Below are positions 25,218 through 32,974 of a stretch of 36,786 bases of DNA, piece by piece. Each line of letters opens with the position of its first letter. The stretch's first letter is position 1. The notes under the pieces were generated by a model. That model did not search any database and was not told the origin of the DNA. It was given only the letters and a program-made list of their open reading frames with translations. This stretch comes from Pyrinomonadaceae bacterium (GTDB lineage Bacteria; Acidobacteriota; Blastocatellia; Pyrinomonadales; Pyrinomonadaceae), in NCBI GenBank assembly GCA_036009085.1, contig DASYMM010000615.1:1-36786 (forward strand), written 5' to 3'. A program made the translations under genes and the position numbers.

Positions 25218-25326
25218 TTCTCTGCGCCCCCGCTGCCGCTTTGCTCTCTGCGTCTCTGCGGTGAGCGATAGTTGATCAATCGTTCACCGCAGAGACACGG
25301 AGAACTCGCGGAGGAAGCGCAGAGAG
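25218..25326. repeat. Palindrome of the CGCAGAG family, copy b (arms in opposite order to the 4683 copy)
   Basis: ctctgcgccc...ctctctgcgtctctgcggtga (left arm), loop gcgatagttgatcaatcg, ttcaccgcagagacacggagaactcgcggaggaagcgcagagag (right arm). Starts 2 nt after the tatD stop. Confidence 0.8.
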
Positions 25327-25403
25327 TTAAGCTGACACTGGAACGCTTACTTGCCACTGCGCAACTTTTACTGCTTGGTCGTTAATGTTATAAATGCTGC
25401 GGC

Positions 25404-25461
25404 GTGAAAGTGACTATGTTTTGCTTTTAACTCGTCACCCGTCACTTGTCACCCGTCACTG
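25404..25461. repeat. GTGACNA-family element, copy 4, asymmetric (2 left units, 4 right units)
   Basis: gtgaaagtgac (25404-25414) and aactcgtcacccgtcacttgtcacccgtcactg (25429-25461). It ends 7 nt before the yajQ ATG. Confidence 0.75.
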
Positions 25462-25468
25462 TTCTCTT

Positions 25469-25966
25469 ATGGCACAACAAAATTCATTCGATATTGTCTC
25501 GCAGGTTGACCGCGCGGAGATCACGAACGCGCTCGATCAGACGATGAAAGAAGTGCGGCAGCGTTTCGACTTCAAGGGCAGCGCCGCCGCCGTCGTGTTG
25601 GAGAAGGAAGAACTCATCCTCACCGCCGAGGACGAGACGAAACTGCGCAACATGAACGATATCTTGCAGCAGAAACTCGTGCGGCGCAGCGTGCCGCTCA
25701 AGGCTTTCAGCTACGGCAAAATCGAGCCGGCGCTCGGCGGCACGGTGCGCCAGCACGTCGCGATTCAACAGGGCATCCCGACCGAGAAGGCGAAAGAGAT
25801 CGTCCGCTTCATCAAGGACTCGAAGGCGAAGGTGCAAGCCTCGATTCAGGGCGATGTCGTGCGCGTCACGGGCAAAGACCGCGACACGCTGCAAGACATC
25901 ATCGCCAAACTTAAAGCCAAAGATTTCAACATCAACATGCAGTACACCAACTATAGAAGCAACTGA
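25469..25966 (+). CDS. yajQ: YajQ-family nucleotide (c-di-GMP)-binding protein, UPF0234
   Basis: MAQQNSFDIVSQVDRAEITNALDQTMKEVRQRFDFKGS is a typical YajQ N-terminus, and the approx 165 aa length fits the family. Confidence 0.85.
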   Translation: MAQQNSFDIVSQVDRAEITNALDQTMKEVRQRFDFKGSAAAVVLEKEELILTAEDETKLRNMNDILQQKLVRRSVPLKAFSYGKIEPALGGTVRQHVAIQQGIPTEKAKEIVRFIKDSKAKVQASIQGDVVRVTGKDRDTLQDIIAKLKAKDFNINMQYTNYRSN

Positions 25967-25973
25967 TGGATAA

Positions 25974-26125
25974 GTGACGAGTGACGAGCGACAAGTGACG
26001 AGGAAAAGACGTAAATCGTGAATCGTACATCGTCGATAGAGTTAAAACTGCTTTCCTCTATTTGCGATTTACGATTCACGATTCGCTTGTCTTCACCCGT
26101 CACCCGTCACTGGTCACTCGTCACT
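25974..26125. repeat. GTGACNA-family palindrome, copy 5, composite with nested TTNACGA-family hairpin (26010-26086)
   Basis: Outer left arm gtgacga gtgacga gcgacaa gtgacga (25974-26001). Outer right arm cttgtcttcacccgtcacccgtcactggtcactcgtcact (26086-26125). Inner hairpin cgtaaatcgtgaatcgtacatcgtcgatagag / ctctatttgcgatttacgattcacgattcgc. Confidence 0.88.
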
Positions 26126-26133
26126 CTTAAAAT

Positions 26134-27153
26134 ATGATTACTTCCAGCCATCTCGCCGCAGTTGAAGAACCGCAAGTTGCGGCGACGCGCATCTTTAGTT
26201 TGATCGCGGCGGAACTGGCTTCCGTCGAAGAAGAGTTTGAACGACAGGCGCGCTCGAACATTCAGGTGATCGCTTACATCGGCGACTACCTGCGCGCGTC
26301 CGGCGGCAAGCGCGTGCGCCCCGCGCTCACGATTCTCTCCACCTACGCGTCGGGCGGCCACGCCGCGCAGCCGAACGTGATCCGTCTGGCGACCGTCATG
26401 GAGTTTCTACACACGGCGACGCTCGTGCACGACGACATCATTGACAATGCGGAGACGCGCCGCAATCGTCCTTCCATTAACAGTCGCTTCGGCAACCAGA
26501 CGGCGGTGCTGATGGGCGACTGGCTCTACATGTCAGCCTTCGAGGCGAGTCTCGCGGAGCGTTCGCTGCCCGTGCTCGACATCCTCACGGCCGTCACGCG
26601 CCGCATGACCGAGGGCGAGTTGCTGCAACTGACGATGCTCGGCAGAAGCGACGTTACCGAAGAACAGTATTTCGACATCCTGATGCGCAAGACCGCGTAT
26701 CTTTTCAGCGCGTGCTGCGAGATCGGCGCGCTGCTCGGCACGAATGAAGCGGAGACGCAACTCGCCTTGCGCGACTACGGCATGAACCTCGGCGCGGCTT
26801 TCCAACTCATAGACGACCTGCTCGATTTCACCGCCACCGACGACGCGCTCGGCAAAGCCGCAGGGGTTGACCTGCTCGAAGGCAAACTCACGCTCCCGCT
26901 CATCTATCTGCTGGAAACCGACCGAAAATGGCGCGCCGACGTGCAATCCGTGATGCGCGACGGCAACTACGAAGCCATCTCGCGGGCTTCTCTGATGCGC
27001 GCGGCCGGGGAGTCGGGCGCGACGGAGCGTGCGCGCCGTCGCGCACACGATTTCGCCACGGCGGCCAGAAAATCTCTTGACGTGTTGCCGCACACCAAGT
27101 ACCGTGATGCCTTGAGTTCGATTCCGACTTTTATCCTTGAGCGCGACAGGTAA
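26134..27153 (+). CDS. Long-chain polyprenyl diphosphate synthase (IspB/HepT-like)
   Basis: First DDxxD in LVHDDIIDNAETRRNRPS and second in FQLIDDLLDF. Confidence 0.88.
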   Translation: MITSSHLAAVEEPQVAATRIFSLIAAELASVEEEFERQARSNIQVIAYIGDYLRASGGKRVRPALTILSTYASGGHAAQPNVIRLATVMEFLHTATLVHDDIIDNAETRRNRPSINSRFGNQTAVLMGDWLYMSAFEASLAERSLPVLDILTAVTRRMTEGELLQLTMLGRSDVTEEQYFDILMRKTAYLFSACCEIGALLGTNEAETQLALRDYGMNLGAAFQLIDDLLDFTATDDALGKAAGVDLLEGKLTLPLIYLLETDRKWRADVQSVMRDGNYEAISRASLMRAAGESGATERARRRAHDFATAARKSLDVLPHTKYRDALSSIPTFILERDR

Positions 27154-27216
27154 AACGACAAGCCGGAACGATGAGAAAGAGGAGCGAATATTGAACAACT
27201 CTATGCGGTTCTTATT

Positions 27217-27244
27217 CATCCCTCATCCCTCATCTCTCATCCCT
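27217..27244. repeat. Tandem heptamer tract (CATCCCT)x4, single-armed, ending 7 nt before the next start codon
   Basis: catccct catccct catctct catccct at 27217-27244. Only a weak possible partner (gatgagaaagaggag, approx 27169-27183). Confidence 0.8.
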
Positions 27245-27251
27245 TTTGCCT

Positions 27252-27863
27252 ATGCCGGACGATAATCTCTTAGCCACGCTTGAGCAGAGTTTGCGCCAGA
27301 CGCGCGCCACGCGAAACCGTCTGGCCGCGCGCCTCGCCGACCTCGAACTCGAAGCCGAGAAACTACGCACCGAACTCGGCGAGATGGATGCCATCGCCAC
27401 GCAGACCGAGGCCGCCATGTTTCGCATCCTCTCCTCCGTGCTCAACACGGTGCCCGCAAAATCGTCGCCTTCGGACGCCGAGATTGATTGGGCTTTGCGC
27501 CGCGATGAAGCGCAGACGCGTAACAGCAACGCGCACCCGTCCGCCTATCAAGCCGTGCCGCGTCCCGCGCATCAAACCGTGCCGCGTTCGACTTTGCCGC
27601 CCGTGCGTACCGACGTGGAAGTGACGAGCGAGCGTTTTCTCGACCGCACGATCCCGCAGGCCACCGCGATGCTTTTGCGCGAAGCGGCCGCGCCGCTCCA
27701 CGTCAACGAGATTTATAATCGCCTGCTCGAAGGCGGCTTCCAGTTCACCGGCCACAACCCCACGATCAGCATCGCCGTCTCGCTCAATCGCAATCGCCGC
27801 TTTCGCAAAGTCGCCCCCGGCACCTTCGATCTCACCATCCGCGACGCCGCACAGGCTTCTTGA
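27252..27863 (+). CDS. Hypothetical protein: N-terminal coiled coil plus C-terminal HARE-HTH-like winged-helix domain
   Basis: C-terminal IPQATAMLLREAAAPLHVNEIYNRLLEGGFQFTGHNPTISIAVSLNRNRRFRKVAPGTFDL fits the HARE-HTH pattern. The N-terminal LATLEQSLRQTRATRNRLAARLADLELEAEKLRTELGEM is heptad-like. The ATG at 27252 is preferred to the TTG at 27246. Confidence 0.6.
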   Translation: MPDDNLLATLEQSLRQTRATRNRLAARLADLELEAEKLRTELGEMDAIATQTEAAMFRILSSVLNTVPAKSSPSDAEIDWALRRDEAQTRNSNAHPSAYQAVPRPAHQTVPRSTLPPVRTDVEVTSERFLDRTIPQATAMLLREAAAPLHVNEIYNRLLEGGFQFTGHNPTISIAVSLNRNRRFRKVAPGTFDLTIRDAAQAS

Positions 27864-28013
27864 AGTTGCGCTCGCCGAAGTTTAAGAATATCTTCAAAGT
27901 CTCGGAATATCGTTCGGCCTTTCTCCGTCGCGCCACGCGCGCGTGTCTGGTCGCTCTCTAAATACGCCCGTCGTTGGCAGCACACACGTCGGCAAGATGA
28001 AAGGCAGCAGCAA

Positions 28014-28373
28014 GTGAAGAAACTCAAGACCGGATACACCTTCGACCCGCACGCCGGGGCGACCTACAACTTCGAGCACATGCCGCTCGCAGACGCAGAA
28101 GCCCGCGCCGAAGCGACTGAGACTCCGCACATCGTCGAGGCCATCAACTGGACGAAATCCGAAGGCAGCGACGTGCATTACAACCGCTACTTCGCGCACA
28201 ATTTCGACGAGGCGCTCGGCCTTGCCGTCCGTCTCCGAATAGGTTTCGAGGAGGGCGTGGAAGAAGTGGTTGCGATTCGCGCGGCCACCAAGAGCGAAGC
28301 GGCGGGCGGCAATAAAGCCTCCGCGCATTTTCTCGAATTGATGCCGCTTGCGATCTCCAGCATTGATAAGTAG
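28014..28373 (+). CDS. Hypothetical protein (119 aa, no recognisable domain)
   Basis: ORF with a GTG start and coding-like codon usage but no clear RBS. No motif recognised. The start site is uncertain. Confidence 0.4.
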   Translation: MKKLKTGYTFDPHAGATYNFEHMPLADAEARAEATETPHIVEAINWTKSEGSDVHYNRYFAHNFDEALGLAVRLRIGFEEGVEEVVAIRAATKSEAAGGNKASAHFLELMPLAISSIDK

Positions 28374-28387
28374 GAAGGTATAAAAAA

Positions 28388-28609
28388 TTGAGTGATGAAA
28401 CTAAACTGATCGCGCTCTCAACCTTGTTTGAGGATGTATCGAGCGTGCGCGGCAAGATTCCCGTTCCGGTCGTCAAGGCACTTAAAGCCAAAGCCGGTGA
28501 CATGCTCGCTTTCGAGCGTCGGCCTGACGGCACGGTCGTCGTGCGTAAGTCCACCGCCGCCGAGCGCAAGGCGGGACAGAGCCGTCGGCAGGGCGGCGGG
28601 AAAAAATAA
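28388..28609 (+). CDS. SpoVT/AbrB-like small DNA-binding protein with basic tail
   Basis: VRGKIPVPVVKALKAKAGDMLAFERRPDGTVVVRK matches the looped-hinge-helix AbrB/MazE pattern. TTG start with GGAAGG 8 nt upstream. Lys/Arg/Gly-rich C-terminus. Confidence 0.55.
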   Translation: MSDETKLIALSTLFEDVSSVRGKIPVPVVKALKAKAGDMLAFERRPDGTVVVRKSTAAERKAGQSRRQGGGKK

Positions 28610-28646
28610 TCGGTGCGACAGGCTGTGAGGGAAACTAGCTGAACTT

Positions 28647-29633
28647 ATGCGTGCGATGATTCTGGCCGCCGGTTACGGCACACGTCTCTGGCCTCTGACG
28701 CTCGACCGCGCCAAGCCCGCTCTGCCTTTCATGGGACGCCCGCTCGTCGGCTACGTCGCGGAATATCTGGCGCGCTTCGGGTGCGACGAGATAATCGTGA
28801 ATCTGCACCATCGCCCGGAATCCGTGCGCGCCGCGCTCGGCGACGGGCGCGACTTCGGCGTGCGTCTGAGTTATATCGAAGAAGCGCCGGAAATCCTCGG
28901 CACGAGCGGTGCGATTGACAACGCGCGCGAGTTTCTCGAAGGCGACACTTTCATCGTCGTCAACGGCAAGATCGCCACGGACATTGACCTCGGCGCGGCT
29001 CTCGAAACACACCGCCGCACGCGCTCGCTCGCCACGCTCGTCCTGCGTCCAAACCCCGCGCGCGAACGCTACAGCGTCGTCGAAGTCGAGGACGGTCTGG
29101 TGAAGGAATTTGGAGGTTTCCCCGCGCTTGACGCGGCGACTGAGGACGAAGCCGCGCCTTTGATGTTCACGGGCATTCAAATCCTTGAGCCGCGCATCTT
29201 CCAATGCATCCCGCGCGGCGTGGCCTCGGATTCCGTGCCGCATGTCTATATCCCCGCCATCGCGCGCGGCGAACGCATCGCGGCGCACACAACTTCCGGC
29301 ATGTGGCACGAACTCTCCACCATCCAACGCTACCTGAACATCAGCCTCAGTTTGATGAAACAGGAAGGGCGCGACGTGCAACTCGGCGCAAACGCGCACA
29401 TCGAAGCGGGCGCGGACGTGCGCGAGGCTCTGCTCTGGGAAGACGCGCACGTCGAAGCGGGCGCGCGCGTGCGGCATGCGATTATCGGCGCGGGCGTGCG
29501 GATTCGGCGGGGCGAAGTAATAGAGGACGCGGCGGTCGTGCGCGCCGCGCTCGTCGGGCGCGAAGCGCGACCCGCGAAGGCGCTCGCGGGCGAGGTTCGT
29601 GGCGATAATTTTGTCGTCCCACTCGCGCAGTGA
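28647..29633 (+). CDS. Sugar-1-phosphate nucleotidyltransferase with C-terminal left-handed beta-helix (MurU/GlmU-like architecture)
   Basis: MRAMILAAGYGTRLWPLTLDRAKPALPF (GxGTRL signature). C-terminal hexapeptide-like repeats GANAHIEAGADVREALLWEDAHVEAGARVRHAIIGAGVRI. Confidence 0.8.
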   Translation: MRAMILAAGYGTRLWPLTLDRAKPALPFMGRPLVGYVAEYLARFGCDEIIVNLHHRPESVRAALGDGRDFGVRLSYIEEAPEILGTSGAIDNAREFLEGDTFIVVNGKIATDIDLGAALETHRRTRSLATLVLRPNPARERYSVVEVEDGLVKEFGGFPALDAATEDEAAPLMFTGIQILEPRIFQCIPRGVASDSVPHVYIPAIARGERIAAHTTSGMWHELSTIQRYLNISLSLMKQEGRDVQLGANAHIEAGADVREALLWEDAHVEAGARVRHAIIGAGVRIRRGEVIEDAAVVRAALVGREARPAKALAGEVRGDNFVVPLAQ

Positions 29634-29742
29634 TACAATCCCACGCGTTCCCAACAGCTATCGAACTTGCGGACAAAACGGGACTTCCAGACGTAAGCGA
29701 CAAATCGCACACACGCGAGCGACGGATCGCTACAGCTGCGAG

Positions 29743-29790
29743 CGATAAATTGCTCGATAAATTGCTCGATAAACTGCGCTATAAATTACG
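29743..29790. repeat. Tandem 12-nt repeat x4, AT-rich, 33 nt upstream of the kinase-gene ATG
   Basis: cgataaattgct cgataaattgct cgataaactgcg ctataaattacg at 29743-29790. Confidence 0.9.
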
Positions 29791-29822
29791 CTTGGCGTCT
29801 CTCCGCACCGCGTCAAACATCC

Positions 29823-30875
29823 ATGAGCCACCCGTCGGGCATCACTGCGAATGCGTTTCTCGCAAGCGCGCATGAACGCTTAAGCGACTATCTCGTGCGC
29901 GCCAAACTCGACGCGGCGAAGATTCTCGCGCTCACGCCCGACGCCTCCACACGCGAATATTTTCGCATCCCCTGGAAGAAGCGCAACGCAACCGCCGTCG
30001 CCGCCGTCTATCCCGAACCGTTCGACCCCGAAATTCACCCGTTCCTCGATGTCACGCGCCTCTTCGTCGCCGCGCGCCTGCCCGTGCCGGAAATTTTAGA
30101 CGTGGACGCCGCGCACGGCATCATCGTGCAGGAAGACCTGGGCGACCAGCAACTCCGACGCGTCTTTGAAACCGTGAGCGACGACGAGCGCGAGGTTTAC
30201 ATCGAGCGCGCCATCAGTCTCATCGCCGATATTCAGGCGGCCACGCCGCTCGCCTTCGAGCGCGATTCCATCGCCAGCCGTCTCGCCTTCGACGAAGCCA
30301 AACTCTTCTGGGAACTCGAATTTTTCCTCGAACACTATTTCAAAAGCTATCGCAAAGAGACCTTGAAGCACGCCGAGGAAGCGGAAATACGCGCCGAGCT
30401 AAACGACCTCGCCTCGGAACTCGCCGCCCGCCCGCGCGTCCTCTGTCACCGCGACTTCCACACGTCGAATTTGCTTTTGGACAAAGAGAATCGTCTACGC
30501 ATCATTGACCATCAGGACGCGCGTATGGGGCCGGTCAGTTACGATCTCGTCTCGCTGCTGCTCGACCGGCAGACGGGCGTGCCTTCGCTCGCGGAGATAC
30601 GCGAACGCAGGTTATATTTTTTGGAAGAACGCCGTCAGCGCGGGCTTGATGCGCTCGACCCGGACGAGTTCGGGCGCGAGTTTCGTCTGATGACGGTGCA
30701 GCGTTGTTTGAAGGCGGTCGGCACGTTCTCCTATCAAAGCGGCGTCTGCGGGCGCGACGAAGTTTACGCGCACTTCATCAACCCCGTGCTCCTGATCGTC
30801 TTGCAGGCTCTCGAATGGCTCGCGCGTTTTCCGGTGCTGCGCGAAAGTTTGCGCGCGCGCCTCTCCGAGAAATGA
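29823..30875 (+). CDS. Aminoglycoside-phosphotransferase-fold kinase (AmgK-like anomeric sugar kinase candidate)
   Basis: LCHRDFHTSNLLL (catalytic loop) and IIDHQDARMGPVSYDLVSLL (DxD metal site). Adjacent to the nucleotidyltransferase gene, as in amgK-murU pairs. Confidence 0.7.
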   Translation: MSHPSGITANAFLASAHERLSDYLVRAKLDAAKILALTPDASTREYFRIPWKKRNATAVAAVYPEPFDPEIHPFLDVTRLFVAARLPVPEILDVDAAHGIIVQEDLGDQQLRRVFETVSDDEREVYIERAISLIADIQAATPLAFERDSIASRLAFDEAKLFWELEFFLEHYFKSYRKETLKHAEEAEIRAELNDLASELAARPRVLCHRDFHTSNLLLDKENRLRIIDHQDARMGPVSYDLVSLLLDRQTGVPSLAEIRERRLYFLEERRQRGLDALDPDEFGREFRLMTVQRCLKAVGTFSYQSGVCGRDEVYAHFINPVLLIVLQALEWLARFPVLRESLRARLSEK

Positions 30876-30945
30876 ATAATCGCTCGTTGAATTTGAATCT
30901 TGACGTGATTTGAAAGCGTTAATTTGAAATTATTAGAAGGTAACA

Positions 30946-32313
30946 ATGTCAACTGAAAAACTTGATCAAGAAGAACAGTCGGCGGCGGAAGTTAAAAGTT
31001 TGCCGCAGGTTTACATCAATCAACTGTCGGCGCACGTGGGCGAAGAAGTGACCTTGCGCGGGTGGCTCTACAATCTGCGTTCGAGCGGCAAACTCCTGTT
31101 TCCGCAACTGCGCGACGGCACGGGGATCGTGCAATGCGTGGTCTTCAAAAAGGGCGTCTCGGAAGAACTGTGGGACGCGCTCAAGAATCTCGGACAGGAA
31201 TCCGCGCTCACGATTCGCGGCACGGTGCGCGCGGACGAACGCGCGCCGGGCGGGTACGAAATTGATGTGGTCAGCGCGGAAGTGTTGCAGGCGGTCGAGG
31301 GCTACCCGATCACGCCGAAGGAGCACGGCACGGAGTTTTTGATGGATCACCGGCACGTCTGGCTGCGCTCGCGCCGCCAGCACGCGATCCTCAAAGTGCG
31401 TCATACGGTCGTGCGCGCCGTGCGCGATTTTCTCGATAACGACAACTTCACGCTCGCCGATTCGCCCATCCTGACGCCCGCCGCCTGCGAAGGCACGACG
31501 ACGCTCTTTGAAGTTGACTACTTCAACGACGAGAAAGCGTACCTGACGCAATCCGGCCAACTCTACAATGAAGCGACCGCCGCCGCTTTCGGTAAATCCT
31601 ATTGCTTCGGCCCCACCTTTCGCGCCGAGCGTTCTAAGACGCGTCGCCATCTCACGGAGTTCTGGATGGTCGAACCGGAGATGGCCTTCGCACATCTCGA
31701 CGACGTGATGAATCTGGCCGAGCGTTTCCTCGCCAGCATCGCCGCGCGCGTGCTGGATGAGAGGCAGGAAGAGTTGAAGGTGCTGGAACGCGACACGTCG
31801 AAACTCGAACTCATCGTGCCGCCGTTCCCGCGTCTGCATTACGACGACGCCGTGAAGATGCTCCACGAAGGTTACGAGCGGAAAGAACTCGAAACGAAGT
31901 TTGAATGGGGCGGCGACTTCGGCGCGCCTGATGAGACGTACATCTCGAAGCAGTTCGAGAAGCCTGTGATGGTGCATCGTTACCCGGCGGCGATCAAAGC
32001 CTTCTACATGGCGCGCGACCCGGAGCGCGATGATCTGGCTCTGGGCGTGGACGTGCTGGCCTCGGAAGGGTATGGCGAAGTGATCGGCGGCGGCGAGCGC
32101 GCCACCTCGCTCGAATTCCTCGAAGCGCAGATCAAAGCGCACGACCTGCCGCGCGAGGCTTTCGAGTGGTATCTGGATTTGCGTCGCTACGGCAGCGTGC
32201 CGCACGCGGGCTTCGGCATGGGCATCGAACGCTGCACCGCCTGGATGTGCGGCATCGAGCACGTCCGCGAAACGATCCCGTTTCCGCGCATGCTCTATCG
32301 CCTCCGACCCTAA
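30946..32313 (+). CDS. asnS: Asparagine--tRNA ligase
   Basis: Class IIb signature [29 protein letters not shown]-terminal [10 protein letters not shown]-terminal OB fold. RBS GAAGGT. Confidence 0.9.
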   Translation: MSTEKLDQEEQSAAEVKSLPQVYINQLSAHVGEEVTLRGWLYNLRSSGKLLFPQLRDGTGIVQCVVFKKGVSEELWDALKNLGQESALTIRGTVRADERAPGGYEIDVVSAEVLQAVEGYPITPKEHGTEFLMDHRHVWLRSRRQHAILKVRHTVVRAVRDFLDNDNFTLADSPILTPAACEGTTTLFEVDYFNDEKAYLTQSGQLYNEATAAAFGKSYCFGPTFRAERSKTRRHLTEFWMVEPEMAFAHLDDVMNLAERFLASIAARVLDERQEELKVLERDTSKLELIVPPFPRLHYDDAVKMLHEGYERKELETKFEWGGDFGAPDETYISKQFEKPVMVHRYPAAIKAFYMARDPERDDLALGVDVLASEGYGEVIGGGERATSLEFLEAQIKAHDLPREAFEWYLDLRRYGSVPHAGFGMGIERCTAWMCGIEHVRETIPFPRMLYRLRP

Positions 32314-32316
32314 AAG

Positions 32317-32415
32317 CAGTGATGAGTGACAAGTGACAAGTTAAAAACTAAGAACTAGGAATTAAAAACTTGTCTTGATTCTGGCTCGTCACTTGTCACT
32401 CGTCACTTGTCACTG
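32317..32415. repeat. GTGACNA-family palindrome, copy 6
   Basis: cagtgatgagtgacaagtgacaagtt (32317-32342). Inner pairing gacaagtt/aacttgtc. Right arm ctcgtcacttgtcactcgtcacttgtcactg ends at 32415. Confidence 0.9.
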
Positions 32416-32422
32416 ATTTCTT

Positions 32423-32974
32423 ATGAGTAGTACACAGGAACGCATCGTAACGATTTTCGGCGGCTCGAAGTGCGGGGAGGACTGCGCGGAGTATGCGGAG
32501 GCGCGGCGCGCGGGGCAGCTTTTGGCCGAGGCGGGTTTTACGATCTGCACGGGCGGATACCTGGGCGTGATGGAAGCGGCGAGCCGGGGCGCGCACGAAC
32601 GCGGCGGGCGCGTGCTCGGCATCGTGATGAACCAGTTTAAGAAAGAGCCGAACCGTTTTCTGACGGACAAAGTTGCGACGCCGCATTTTTACGACCGCCT
32701 GCAACACTTGATCGTGCGCTCGGTCGGCTTCATCGCGCTGCGCGGCGGGATGGGCACGGTGACGGAGCTTTCACTCGTCTGGAACAAAATTCAAACGCGC
32801 GTTATCGAACCGCGCCCGCTCGTCCTGTTGGGCGATTGCTGGCCGCCCGTCATAAAGGCGTGGCGCAAGCATTTGATCGTGAGCGAGGAAGACGTGCGGA
32901 TGCTCGATCTGGCAGAGACGCCGGAGGAAGCTGTCAGGATCATCATCGAAAAGTCGAAAGGAGTCAGTGTATGA
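32423..32974 (+). CDS. LOG-family / TIGR00725-like (SLOG-fold) protein
   Basis: IVTIFGGS...ICTGGYLGVMEAASRGA...ALRGGMGTVTELSLVW (PGGxGTxxE-like motif). Confidence 0.78.
   Translation: MSSTQERIVTIFGGSKCGEDCAEYAEARRAGQLLAEAGFTICTGGYLGVMEAASRGAHERGGRVLGIVMNQFKKEPNRFLTDKVATPHFYDRLQHLIVRSVGFIALRGGMGTVTELSLVWNKIQTRVIEPRPLVLLGDCWPPVIKAWRKHLIVSEEDVRMLDLAETPEEAVRIIIEKSKGVSV

Noticed and set aside
25365-25395. Possible promoter upstream of yajQ (TTTTAC - 17 nt - TATAAAT)
   Set aside because: The -35 match is poor. AT-rich hexamers occur by chance in these spacers. There is no independent support.
28014-28609. Toxin-antitoxin pair (unknown 119-aa protein plus AbrB-like protein)
   Set aside because: The 119-aa product shows no toxin-family motif (no PIN, MazF, RelE, Fic and so on). 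The gene order and 14-nt gap alone are insufficient evidence.
29630-29875. 81-aa ORF with a DKLLDKLLDKLRYKL leucine-zipper-like motif
   Set aside because: The motif is simply the translation of the 12-nt tandem DNA repeat. The ORF starts inside the upstream gene's stop region and runs into the kinase gene in another frame.
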